A DNA stretch of 64,000 nucleotides from Candidatus Thalassarchaeaceae archaeon (GTDB taxonomy: Archaea; Thermoplasmatota; Poseidoniia; Poseidoniales; Thalassarchaeaceae). The stretch lies in NCBI GenBank assembly GCA_023700245.1, contig JAJPRE010000002.1, positions 34,363-98,362 on the forward strand, written 5' to 3'. The notes under the pieces were generated by a model, which made no database searches, was not told the DNA's origin, and worked only from the letters and a program-made list of their open reading frames with translations. How positions within the stretch are numbered: the first letter of the stretch is position 1; the number at the start of each line of letters is the position of its first letter. Of this stretch, positions 30,985 to 40,716 are shown in pieces. The position numbers were made by a program, and so were the translations under genes.

Positions 30985-31427
30985 ATGTGACTATCTATAC
31001 GTCCTTCGGCTTGTTTTTCTGCCATTTCCTGAACGTTCGTCCTTCTTTTTATATCTTCCTTTTCAAATTTTAGTAACTCTTCATCTTCTAAATATGTCCT
31101 TCTCATGTGGATGACTAGTTTAATCTCTATAATTACATCCCTTGATATGGCTCTAAAATGCCCATTATTATCCAATATATCTACGGAATTTCTAGATGTG
31201 CCAATTAACATCCCACCAATTCTATTTGATTCTCCATTTTTTAAAACTCTATTATCTATTATAATTTCTACTAAATCATCTTTCCTTAGTCCATAACGTC
31301 TATCTATCAAAGGACCATGAAATATATCAACAGTATTTTTTAAATTTGGAGATCCATGTTTTTCATATATTTGTCTAGCCCAATCAGGTATTTTGTTAAT
31401 ATTACTTAACCCCCCTTCGCTTACCAT
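30975..31427 (-). CDS. Hypothetical protein (possible small beta-barrel RNA-binding fold)
   Basis: No confident motif. It is divergent from the NOG1 GTPase gene. Confidence 0.35.
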   Translation of the reverse strand: MVSEGGLSNINKIPDWARQIYEKHGSPNLKNTVDIFHGPLIDRRYGLRKDDLVEIIIDNRVLKNGESNRIGGMLIGTSRNSVDILDNNGHFRAISRDVIIEIKLVIHMRRTYLEDEELLKFEKEDIKRRTNVQEMAEKQAEGRIDSHIWD

Positions 31428-31544
31428 ATCCGACTCGCCAGCGTGTTTATAAAAAAAGAAGACGGGTATATATTCGTCTTTGGCTCATAAATTGACTAAT
31501 GATTTCAAGTGTTATGCGTGTGACCACTCATATGAGGGAGTCAT

Positions 31545-32639
31545 ATGGCATCAGTTGAATGGCGATCTATACCTACTGTATTATACCCTCAAGAAATTCT
31601 CGATAAAGCTTTCTCTAGAGCGAGCAAACAAGCTGATATGGTAGAGGATCCTGATAAATATCATCGTGTAAGAAAACAAATGAATAGAATGATTCAATCT
31701 GCATCCGATGTGATATCTTCAACACTTCTTGCTTACGTTTCTAAATGGCCTAGTCTGAATGCATTGTCTGATTTTGATCAAGCATTAGTTGATGCGGCAG
31801 TAGGTTCAGATGATTATAAGAAGAATTTAGCAGCCTTGCAATGGGCATCAGAAAAAGTCATCAAAATTTCATTAGATTCTCAACGGAATATATTACATCT
31901 CAGGGACATTGATGGATTTCATAAATCAAGAAGGCATGCCTATGGTCGCTTTTCTTCCATTATTGATCAAATTGCTTCTCCGATAGTGTGGTTAGGAGAT
32001 GCAAGAAATGTTTTAAGAAAATTACCGGCAATAGATTCTCTAGAACCATGTATCGTAGTTGCTGGATCTCCAAACGTTGGGAAATCTGCTATGATTAATG
32101 CCCTTTCATCAGGTGAACCTGAAGTTGCATCATACCCATTTACTACTAAGCAATTACATCTAGGTCATTTTTATCATCGTAGACGGGCTTATCAGATAGT
32201 AGATACTCCTGGTTTACTGGATAGACCAATGTATGAGAGGAACAATATTGAGATGCAAGCAATAGCGGCTTTAGAAAATGTGGGTAATTTATTATTATTC
32301 CTAATTGATGCAACTGAAAATGCAACAACTCCTCTAGAGGAACAATTAAATTTATTGAAAGAAGTAAAAAGAGCAATATCTGGAAAGCCATTATTGATAA
32401 TACATACAAAAATAGATCTTTTTGATGTAATTCCCGATAATTTTGAATATTGCATAAGTGCCGAATCAGGCATAGGAATTAAAGAACTAAAGTCGCAAAT
32501 AATAAAAGAAATAGGCGCAGATATAATTCCTAACCCATTAGAATTACCAGAACATTGGCATAGGCAAGACGACTCCATTAAACCATTAGGTTCAACACAA
32601 GAAATTCTTCGCCGTTATGATGAAGATAAGTATTTATAA
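31545..32639 (+). CDS. NOG1-family GTPase
   Basis: G1 is GSPNVGKSAMINALS, G2 is YPFTT, G3 is DTPGLLDRP, and the N-terminal NOG1-type helical domain is present. Confidence 0.8.
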   Translation: MASVEWRSIPTVLYPQEILDKAFSRASKQADMVEDPDKYHRVRKQMNRMIQSASDVISSTLLAYVSKWPSLNALSDFDQALVDAAVGSDDYKKNLAALQWASEKVIKISLDSQRNILHLRDIDGFHKSRRHAYGRFSSIIDQIASPIVWLGDARNVLRKLPAIDSLEPCIVVAGSPNVGKSAMINALSSGEPEVASYPFTTKQLHLGHFYHRRRAYQIVDTPGLLDRPMYERNNIEMQAIAALENVGNLLLFLIDATENATTPLEEQLNLLKEVKRAISGKPLLIIHTKIDLFDVIPDNFEYCISAESGIGIKELKSQIIKEIGADIIPNPLELPEHWHRQDDSIKPLGSTQEILRRYDEDKYL

Positions 32640-32753
32640 AATTCTCCAATTATGGCCACATGTGGTACAAAATATTTGATAGCCACCTACGGATCTATCT
32701 AGGCCACTTATCTCTTTTTTACTTCCACAGTTCGGACAATTATGTACGACCAT
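32634..32753 (-). CDS. Unannotated 39-aa CPxCG zinc-finger protein (MVVHNCPNCGSKKEISGLDRSVGGYQIFCTTCGHNWRIL)
   Basis: Manual translation of the minus strand. It has two CxxC knuckles (CPNCG...CTTCG). A TATA-like tatattaa lies on the minus strand at 32789-32796, about 35 nt upstream. The ORF is below the 60-aa cutoff of the supplied track. Confidence 0.5.
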   Translation of the reverse strand: MVVHNCPNCGSKKEISGLDRSVGGYQIFCTTCGHNWRIL

Positions 32754-32802
32754 GTCATACCCACTGTGAATTAGTTATTCAAAGGTGCTATATTAACAAA
32801 AA

Positions 32803-33384
32803 TTAAGTATTCCTAAATTTTTCAAACCACTTTTTTATCGGAAATGCCATTTCGGTAGCGCCAATGAATAGAAATAGCCCAACTGCAGCTAGTAAGAGCT
32901 CTATTATTGAATTTAATGAAACTTTGATATCTAAAGTTACATCTTGATTACTAATTGTTGAACCATCCTTGCCTCCAGTTATGAATCTATATTCATTTGG
33001 GTACATATCAAATTTCAAATTACCTTCAGAATCCGATCCTCCTGCTATTATGAATCCTTCAAAATCATCTTCAGTGCAGTTAGTTAATCCATTACTATCC
33101 GGTTCACAGATCTCTGGATATTTATTTATTACTCCAAACCAACTTCTATCGGGTTCTCCCCAATTTATATCAACTTCAATTTGCAATAATTTGAATGCAT
33201 TTGGGACATTGATGTCCGAACTTGTCATCCCAATTCTGCAACCTATATCCTCATCATCGCTACAGGGAACTATAGGTATGTCATTTATTTTTTCTTGATG
33301 GGAAAATCCAATTATGCTTCCCAATAATATTAATATACATATTGCTCCTACAAATCCTGGTAATATGGATAATATTTTCATCAT
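32803..33384 (-). CDS. Hypothetical secreted protein with C-terminal TM anchor
   Basis: N-terminal signal/TM (ILSILPGFVGAICILILLG), a Cys-rich ectodomain and a C-terminal hydrophobic helix followed by KKWFEKFR. Confidence 0.45.
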   Translation of the reverse strand: MMKILSILPGFVGAICILILLGSIIGFSHQEKINDIPIVPCSDDEDIGCRIGMTSSDINVPNAFKLLQIEVDINWGEPDRSWFGVINKYPEICEPDSNGLTNCTEDDFEGFIIAGGSDSEGNLKFDMYPNEYRFITGGKDGSTISNQDVTLDIKVSLNSIIELLLAAVGLFLFIGATEMAFPIKKWFEKFRNT

Positions 33385-33398
33385 ATTATGTCCCCGTA

Positions 33399-33695
33399 TT
33401 AGTTAGTTTGTTGCATATTTAAGATTAAGAAAAATATTGCAATCGCTGGAAATAGATACATCATTATTGTCAACCTCTTTCGTGCTTTATCCTTCTTAAT
33501 CCATGAATTAGAACATTTATCGGCATTACATACTGGAGGATCCCTTTCCAATGGGACGGGTTTCCAACAAATTGAGCAATGTCTATGGGGCGATATACTT
33601 CCTTCATCTTTCATTTTCATTTTTCTAGAAGCATTATTTCTAGCTTCCTTAGCAGTTCTTTGTGCTGCTCTTAAAATAGTATCTTTACGACTCAA
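33399..33695 (-). CDS. Hypothetical zinc-ribbon protein with C-terminal TM helix
   Basis: HCSICWKPV...CNADKC and a C-terminal LFPAIAIFFLIL. It lies between pyrH and the secreted protein on the same strand. Confidence 0.4.
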   Translation of the reverse strand: MSRKDTILRAAQRTAKEARNNASRKMKMKDEGSISPHRHCSICWKPVPLERDPPVCNADKCSNSWIKKDKARKRLTIMMYLFPAIAIFFLILNMQQTN

Positions 33696-33699
33696 AAAC

Positions 33700-34431
33700 T
33701 CACCAACTTACTATTGTGCCTTCAAAATTACTTCCTTCCATTGAATTTTTTAAATTATTTATTTTTCTACCATCTAAAATATTTAATTCCATCTTATTAA
33801 CTATTGCACACTCAACTCCAATTGGATCAACAACTTGTGAATCTCCTGCTCGAGAATGTTCAGGAGGGCCAACTATATTTTGTAAATCGACCAATGATAA
33901 AGAATCAAATGAACGGGCATCCGAACTCTTTCTCGGATCTTTATCATATACTTTCGATACATTCGTTGCAATGATACATTTTGATGAATTAGTTGCAACA
34001 GCCAATTTTATGGCTACATTATCGGTTGTATGCCCAGGTTGTGTGCCTCCCATTACTACTACGTCAAAATCCATCATCAAATTAACTGCCACTTCGATAG
34101 AATCTGGAACTGTACTGCAAGTTGAAATTCCCGCCTCAATAAGAACTTCTTTAATTATAGTTGCATTTAAACGCGTGGCTGCTATTCCAATTTTATCTAA
34201 TGCATTAACATCACTGATTAATGGCTTTACTAAATCAATGCTTTCTCTGGCCGGACTACCTCCGCCAACCACGAGGCCTATTTTTGTCCCATTATTGACT
34301 ATTTTACCTATGATGTCAACTAATTCAGTAAGCCAGATTTGACGCATTTCAATTTCTGGGCGCAATAAACTTCCTCCCAATGCAGCCACGATGGTCGCCA
34401 TTAGATGAGGGAAGAAGATACTCCCTTTCAA
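33700..34431 (-). CDS. pyrH: Uridylate (UMP) kinase, archaeal type
   Basis: Amino-acid-kinase fold with LGGSLL and VVGGGSPAR. The likely start is MATIVAAL. Confidence 0.8.
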   Translation of the reverse strand: MKGSIFFPHLMATIVAALGGSLLRPEIEMRQIWLTELVDIIGKIVNNGTKIGLVVGGGSPARESIDLVKPLISDVNALDKIGIAATRLNATIIKEVLIEAGISTCSTVPDSIEVAVNLMMDFDVVVMGGTQPGHTTDNVAIKLAVATNSSKCIIATNVSKVYDKDPRKSSDARSFDSLSLVDLQNIVGPPEHSRAGDSQVVDPIGVECAIVNKMELNILDGRKINNLKNSMEGSNFEGTIVSW

Positions 34432-34463
34432 GTTCTATGCTCTAAATAGGCTGAAGGGTTGAA

Positions 34464-35750
34464 ATGCATTCCCCCACGACATTTCACGGAGGGGCGTCTA
34501 TGGCTGAAGATTTAGAAACACAACAGCGCAGATTAAAACTTAAAAAAACCCTTGAAGAACTTTCACAGATGAAGGGCATGGGAACTGAATTAGTAACAGT
34601 TATCATACCTCCTGATAAGATGATAAGTGATGTAAGGCATCAACTATCTCAAGAGGCCGGTCAAGCAGCCAATATTAAATCTAAATCTACAAAAAAACAT
34701 GTTACCGATGCAATAGAATCTGCGTTGTCTACTCTTAACAGATACAAGACACCCGGCATAAGTGGAATTGCAATATTTGTTGGACACGTAATTGTGGGAA
34801 ATAATAAAACTCGATTAATTTCTACAGTAATTGATGATCCTCATGAACCATTCACTTCTTCCAGATATAGATGCGACTCATCCTTTGAAGTTAGTCAACT
34901 TGAAGAAATGTTAATCGATAGGACGGCATATGGTTTGTTTGTGATAGATCGTTCCGAAGCCGCATATGGATTAGCATCTGGAAAAAGATTACATTGTCAA
35001 GAACATGTGACTTCCTTGGTCCCTTCAAAACATGGAAGAGGAGGGCAATCTGCTCAAAGATTCGAAAGATTAATCGAAGAAGCAGCACATAAATTCTTCA
35101 AAAAATCTGCTGAAAGGGCGTGTGCTTATTGGTTACCTATGATTGATAATTTGAAAGGAATAATAATTGGGGGCCCAGGGGCTACAAAAGATTTTGTAAT
35201 TAGAAATGATTACTTCCACCATGAGATTACAAAACTTATCAGAGAGCCTTATTTTGATGTAGGGTATTCCAATGAAAGTGGCCTGAGGGAACTCATACAA
35301 AGGGCAGGAGGACTAATGGACCAGATAGAATTGGATGTCGAAAGAAAATTAGTAGATAATTTTCTCAGGGAAGTAATGCAAACTAATCCAAAAGCAACTT
35401 ATGGAGAAGTAATGATTCGTTCAGCATTAGAACAAGGCGCAGTTGAAACATTACTTCTGTCTGAAGCATTATCAAAGCGTAGAGTAGAATGGTCATGTAA
35501 AAAGTGTAAAGAAATCTGGGAATCTACTCAAAATAATCGATCTGAGATTCCTAAATGCCCTAAATGTAAATCCTCAGATGATGTCATCAATAATCCTGAT
35601 AAAACTATCGATTTAATAGATGAACTTTCTCTTTTAGCGGCACGTACTTCTTCCAAAGTTAGGTTAGTATCCTTAGATACTGAAGAAGGGGCAACTCTAA
35701 ATGCAGCATTTGGGGGTATAGCAGCCCTCTTAAGATATTCATGGTCGTGA
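34464..35750 (+). CDS. prf1: Peptide chain release factor aRF1
   Basis: GGQ motif (KHGRGGQSAQRFERL) and a NIKS-like motif (ANIKSKST). The likely start is MAEDLET at 34500. Confidence 0.9.
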   Translation: MHSPTTFHGGASMAEDLETQQRRLKLKKTLEELSQMKGMGTELVTVIIPPDKMISDVRHQLSQEAGQAANIKSKSTKKHVTDAIESALSTLNRYKTPGISGIAIFVGHVIVGNNKTRLISTVIDDPHEPFTSSRYRCDSSFEVSQLEEMLIDRTAYGLFVIDRSEAAYGLASGKRLHCQEHVTSLVPSKHGRGGQSAQRFERLIEEAAHKFFKKSAERACAYWLPMIDNLKGIIIGGPGATKDFVIRNDYFHHEITKLIREPYFDVGYSNESGLRELIQRAGGLMDQIELDVERKLVDNFLREVMQTNPKATYGEVMIRSALEQGAVETLLLSEALSKRRVEWSCKKCKEIWESTQNNRSEIPKCPKCKSSDDVINNPDKTIDLIDELSLLAARTSSKVRLVSLDTEEGATLNAAFGGIAALLRYSWS

Positions 35751-35759
35751 GGAATTTTT

Positions 35760-37502
35760 TTGCAAATATTGATAAAAGAAATCTTTCCATTTTTTGAGGA
35801 GGTATTTTCTAAACTAGGTGTAGAAGAAAATAATTGGATCAATCTTCTCGCTTCGGCTACAAAAGAAGGCCATGCCGATGTTGCACTGCCCTGTCATTCT
35901 TTATCTAAAATTCTTAAAAAATCACCTCTTCAAATATCATCAGATGTAATTGATTTACTTTCTAATGATTTATCGGAAATTGCTAAAATCTCATGTATGA
36001 ATGGTTTCATTAACGTTCAAGCCACAAATGATTGGATGGGGTCAAAACTTCAGGAAATATCATCTGACTCAAGATTGGGAATTCCTGAGGAAGCCAATCG
36101 TAAAATAGTAGTTGACTATTCTGCACCTAATGTTGCTAAAGAAATGCATGTAGGTCATCTTCGTTCCACTGTTATAGGTGATTCAATAGTTAGGATATTA
36201 TTATTCAAAGGCCATACTGTCATTAGGGAGAATCATATTGGTGATTGGGGTACTCCATTTGGCATGCTAATAGAGCATCTTTTGGATATGGGCGAAGGTG
36301 AAGCAGCAAATGAACTCAATGTTGGTGATTTAGATGGATTTTATAAACAAGCCAGATCTAAGTTTAATTCCTCAAATGATTTTGCAAAAAGATCCAGAAA
36401 TAGAGTTGTACTATTGCAAAGTGGTGATTCTGGCACATTGAGATTATGGAAAATTTTGGTTTCTGAGTCAATGCGATATTTTAATGAAGTATATTCAATG
36501 TTGAATGTTTTACTTATTGATGAGGATATCAAAGGTGAATCCTCTTATCATGATTTATTGCCAGTTGTAATTGAACGACTTAAGGACACCAATATTCTAG
36601 TGGAAAGTGATGGTGCAGAAGTCGTTTTTCCTCGGAAAAAATGGATTAATAGGGAAGGTAAAGAAATGCCAATGATAATTCGAAAAGGCGACGGAGGATA
36701 TAATTATTCAGCTACTGATTTGGCTTGCATCATAGATAGGGCTGAAAATTTAAGAATTAATGATTTTCTTTATGTTGTAGGGACTCCTCAAAAACAACAT
36801 TTCGAAATGGTTTTTGATATTGCTGAAATGGCAGGCTTGATTAACGAAAATCATAATTTGGTACATATAAATTTTGGTTCAGTACTCGGACCGGATGGAA
36901 AAATATTCAAAAGTAGAGAGGGCAATACTATCAAATTAGTTGATCTATTATTGGAATCAATTTCAAGGGCAGAGGCCACAATAAAAGAAAAAAATCCTTC
37001 ATTAAAATCTAATGAACGTAATAAAGTAGCTAAAATGATAGGCATAGGTGCAGTCAAATATGCTGATTTATCTACCGAAAGATCCAAAGATTATATTTTC
37101 AATTGGGACAAAATGTTATCCTTCGAGGGCAATACATCGCCTTATTTACAATACGCACATGCTAGAATTTGTAGTATATTTGCTAAATCAAATATATCCA
37201 GAAATGTTTCCCGTAATTCTAAATTTAATATTTTTGAGAAAGAAGAACAACTTCTTTCTAGGAGGCTAATTGCATTTTCTAGCCATTTGGAAGAGACTAT
37301 GGCTAATTATTCTCCTCATAGATTATGTAATTATTTATACTCATTAGCATCATCTTTTGCTTCATTTTATGAAAATTGCCAGGTTTTAAAATCTGAAAAC
37401 ATAGAAATCATGCACAGTAGGTTGGCACTATGTGATTTAACTGCTAGGACTTTAAATTTAGGAATGGAATTGTTGGGAATCGAATGCCCCGAAGAAATGT
37501 AG
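35760..37502 (+). CDS. argS: Arginyl-tRNA synthetase
   Basis: HIGH-like motif in SAPNVAKEMHVGHLRS, the C-terminal anticodon-binding DALR region, and length. Confidence 0.9.
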   Translation: MQILIKEIFPFFEEVFSKLGVEENNWINLLASATKEGHADVALPCHSLSKILKKSPLQISSDVIDLLSNDLSEIAKISCMNGFINVQATNDWMGSKLQEISSDSRLGIPEEANRKIVVDYSAPNVAKEMHVGHLRSTVIGDSIVRILLFKGHTVIRENHIGDWGTPFGMLIEHLLDMGEGEAANELNVGDLDGFYKQARSKFNSSNDFAKRSRNRVVLLQSGDSGTLRLWKILVSESMRYFNEVYSMLNVLLIDEDIKGESSYHDLLPVVIERLKDTNILVESDGAEVVFPRKKWINREGKEMPMIIRKGDGGYNYSATDLACIIDRAENLRINDFLYVVGTPQKQHFEMVFDIAEMAGLINENHNLVHINFGSVLGPDGKIFKSREGNTIKLVDLLLESISRAEATIKEKNPSLKSNERNKVAKMIGIGAVKYADLSTERSKDYIFNWDKMLSFEGNTSPYLQYAHARICSIFAKSNISRNVSRNSKFNIFEKEEQLLSRRLIAFSSHLEETMANYSPHRLCNYLYSLASSFASFYENCQVLKSENIEIMHSRLALCDLTARTLNLGMELLGIECPEEM

Positions 37503-37504
37503 TT

Positions 37505-39226
37505 TTAATTATACGACAAATATCTTACAAAGCTACCATAAATAATTCCCGATAATGCTAAACTTTCTTCGTTAAATCTATCCATTGTATCTAAATAGGT
37601 GTGATACTCTGATGAACCAGAGCCATAACAAACCAAAGAATTCCCAAATTTATCTTCACTAATTTCATAAACAAACGGGGCATGATCTGAATTCTTGGGC
37701 ATTTCTTCAGAATCTAAAAGCATTACATTAATTTTGTATTTATCATATAAGTTACTATATTCATCCCTAAAGGTCTTAACAATTTTATTGATGTGGGATA
37801 TGTCATTATTGTTATTTCCGAATAAAGTTACCCCATTATTTCTTTCTAAGTCTACGTGATTCATATCCAAATTGATATACAGTCTGAGATCTTTTTCTAA
37901 TCTATTCTGATGTTTTTTTACCCATTCGCTTGACCCCAACAACCCTTCTTCTTCGCCTCCCCAAGTACAGAACCACAAGGTATATTCAGGCTCACCGTGT
38001 TCATTTAATATTTCACTAAATTGTCTAGATATTTCTTGAAGCGTAGCGGCCCCTGCAGTATTATCAATTGCTCCCTGGCCATTATAGACTGTGTCGTGAT
38101 GTGCACCAAAAATAATTAATTTATCCGTTTTACCTTGTATTATCCCACAAGGGACATATATTGTCCCAGTTCCTTGATTTTGAACATCAACAATCATTTG
38201 TATCCTTGAATTCCCATTAACTACTTCATTTACAATATACTCTCCAATACTTTTTGATGCCATTAAGAAACCAATGCTTTCTGGAAGATTACTAAAAGAT
38301 TCCACATTTAATGATTTAAAATATGGCACACAATCGTTTTCTATCAATTCTCCACAATTTGTTTTGTCATTAATTAAAATTAATCCTGATAATTGATTTT
38401 CTTGAGCTCTTAAAAACAATACTGTGTTATTTTCAGTTGCAGACTCATTATTTATTGAATCCCTAAGCCATACTAACCCTATTCCCTGTGATGCCGTGCC
38501 CCAATTTTTATCAGCACTTCCTACGCCTAAATCGATAACATTAGTTTCACTTGCATATCTGACGTCCATTGAACCACTGTATCCTTGAATTACATAATCT
38601 TCAGTATGTGTAAATTCTATTATATCTCTATTTACATCTGCAATTGAACATGGCGTAGGACCTGCTAAAATTCCTCCTATGTCTCCTGGAGTACATAATG
38701 ACAATTCAAATTGATTTCCCATTTCAAACATGGGGACTTCAAATTCTTCAATCGTTGAAGGTATATTCATTTCTGAGAAATTATATTTTATCGATTCAGC
38801 AGTATTTTTTTCTTCAATAGTTCCTGATAATCTTCCTCCCCAGTCTGGATGTCCGAGGTTAACCAGAGTTTGCGCGTACTCTCTAGATTGGTTTATATCA
38901 AAGTCTATTAAAATATAATCTTCTTCTCCGCCTATGATATCTAATATCCTATCTGAATTCAATAGTGCACCTCCAGACATGCCGATTATTACAATTACTA
39001 TTATCGATAACGTTGTGAATTGAATCGACTTTGTGTAATTATATTTGTCAGTAATGAAATTCATTATATGATATTTATTTTTTTTATCCTCTACAATCTC
39101 TGCATCAGTAAATATTTCACCCTCTAGTCTTTTTATGAGTTGGGCCTTATTTCCTGTATGAGGTAAATTATTATTTTTTAATTCGTATTTTAGTTCCTTA
39201 ATGGTCATATCATGCCAATTTTTCAT
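37505..39226 (-). CDS. M28-family aminopeptidase with PA domain, membrane-anchored
   Basis: N-terminal TM, M28 metal-ligand motifs (GAHHDTVYNGQGAIDNTAGAATLQE and WGGEEEGLLGSSEWV). Confidence 0.7.
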   Translation of the reverse strand: MKNWHDMTIKELKYELKNNNLPHTGNKAQLIKRLEGEIFTDAEIVEDKKNKYHIMNFITDKYNYTKSIQFTTLSIIVIVIIGMSGGALLNSDRILDIIGGEEDYILIDFDINQSREYAQTLVNLGHPDWGGRLSGTIEEKNTAESIKYNFSEMNIPSTIEEFEVPMFEMGNQFELSLCTPGDIGGILAGPTPCSIADVNRDIIEFTHTEDYVIQGYSGSMDVRYASETNVIDLGVGSADKNWGTASQGIGLVWLRDSINNESATENNTVLFLRAQENQLSGLILINDKTNCGELIENDCVPYFKSLNVESFSNLPESIGFLMASKSIGEYIVNEVVNGNSRIQMIVDVQNQGTGTIYVPCGIIQGKTDKLIIFGAHHDTVYNGQGAIDNTAGAATLQEISRQFSEILNEHGEPEYTLWFCTWGGEEEGLLGSSEWVKKHQNRLEKDLRLYINLDMNHVDLERNNGVTLFGNNNNDISHINKIVKTFRDEYSNLYDKYKINVMLLDSEEMPKNSDHAPFVYEISEDKFGNSLVCYGSGSSEYHTYLDTMDRFNEESLALSGIIYGSFVRYLSYN

Positions 39227-39282
39227 AATAATTCCTACATTTAAATTTCAATAATGGGGAAGCTAAATTTATAATAAACAGA

Positions 39283-39882
39283 TTATTTATTGACTTCAGT
39301 TCCATCCCATCTTTTACCTAAATTATGTTCTATGTCTAGTTGATCTAGTATTCTAGCCACTACAAAATCTATCAATTCTTCTATTGAAGTAGGATTATGA
39401 TAAAATCCTGGGCTCGCTGGTAGAATTATAACGCCCCAGGAAGACATCTTTGCCATTGCTTCTAAATGGACAGTCGCGAAAGGAGTCTCTCGTGGAACTA
39501 AAATCAATTTTCTACCTTCTTTTAATGCTACTAGTGCACTCCTTGTAGCTAAATTATCTGAAATTCCAGCGGCAATTTTGCCAATTGTAGTTCCACTTGT
39601 TGGACATATTATGTATGCATCGAATTTAGCAGATCCGGATGCCGGTCTCGCAGCTAAATTCTTGTTATTATGTAATGTTACTCCTTCAACATTGGCTAAT
39701 TCTTCAGGGGTAATGGAGCATTCTAGTTTTAGATTTATTGCACCTGCATTTGTAACTATCAAATCTATTTTCCAATTAGCATCTAATAATGCCCTAACTA
39801 AACGGACTGCATATTGAGCCCCAGATGCCCCTGTTATTGCAACAACTGCTTTGGCCATGTTTATTGCGTACATAGTATACAT
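39283..39882 (-). CDS. ubiX: Flavin prenyltransferase UbiX
   Basis: VVAITGASGAQYAVRLVRALL at the N-terminus, and a length of about 190 aa. Confidence 0.85.
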   Translation of the reverse strand: MYTMYAINMAKAVVAITGASGAQYAVRLVRALLDANWKIDLIVTNAGAINLKLECSITPEELANVEGVTLHNNKNLAARPASGSAKFDAYIICPTSGTTIGKIAAGISDNLATRSALVALKEGRKLILVPRETPFATVHLEAMAKMSSWGVIILPASPGFYHNPTSIEELIDFVVARILDQLDIEHNLGKRWDGTEVNK

Positions 39883-40025
39883 TTTGAACTATTGCTTGTA
39901 TTCTCTGAAACAAATAGTTGCGATAACTGGCAATTATACCCAATTTAATTATTATATTTTTTTTTTAATAATCATATATTGCCTCCATAGGGCTCTAGTA
40001 TGAGTAATATATTTGAAGTTAATAG

Positions 40026-40703
40026 TTATATTTTTTGATCAATATTCCAAGGCAATATATCTTTTACTTTCCTTTCTAAAGTTTTTTCAATATTGGAAAT
40101 TATGGCTTCTTCTAATCTTAAACGATCTATTTTAAAGCCTTCCTTGTCATGAGTGTGTCCTAATTTATCTAATGACGTAGTTGTCCCTTTTTCCAAGCCA
40201 CAACATAAGAGTTCCTCTATTCTATTTCCAGGAGTTGCGTAATTTATAGCCAATCCATGTCTACTGACCCATTGTAGAAATGCCAAGCCAATCGAACAAA
40301 TCTTTTTTCCGTCTATCCAAACTCCCATCATCTCTGGATTACGATATGCACTCAAACCGCAATCTAATAATGAACTAATTACTAATTGTTCAAATTTTCC
40401 TATTATTTTTCTGATACTTTGCTCCTTAGTTCCCCATTTAATTATTGGATATACTACTAATTGCCCGGGTCCATGCCAAGTAATTCCTCCGCCCCTATCA
40501 ACGTTTACTTTCTTGTAGTCACTACTTATTTGTACTTCCTCTCGTCTTGATTTAGCCCCAATTGTAACAATTTCTGGATGTTCGACAATAATTATAGTAT
40601 CAATTATTTCATCATTTATCCTCTTTTTTTGCATTACTTTCATAAAATCGGAAACTATGTTATGTTCAATTATTCCCGCCCTAAGGACTTGAACTTCATC
40701 CAA
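40026..40703 (-). CDS. lipB: Octanoyltransferase LipB (lipoate-protein ligase B)
   Basis: VEHPEIVTIG, RGGGITWHGPGQLVVYPI and KKICSIGLAF (catalytic Lys). It terminates the 2-oxoacid dehydrogenase operon. Confidence 0.7.
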   Translation of the reverse strand: MDEVQVLRAGIIEHNIVSDFMKVMQKKRINDEIIDTIIIVEHPEIVTIGAKSRREEVQISSDYKKVNVDRGGGITWHGPGQLVVYPIIKWGTKEQSIRKIIGKFEQLVISSLLDCGLSAYRNPEMMGVWIDGKKICSIGLAFLQWVSRHGLAINYATPGNRIEELLCCGLEKGTTTSLDKLGHTHDKEGFKIDRLRLEEAIISNIEKTLERKVKDILPWNIDQKI

Positions 40704-40716
40704 AAAGATTCCTCAC

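Noticed and set aside
39883-40025. T10 run between ubiX and lipB as a terminator
   Set aside because: Both flanking genes are on the minus strand. The T-run is on the plus strand, which is an A-run in their transcripts, so it cannot act as their oligo-U terminator. It is probably just AT-rich promoter DNA.
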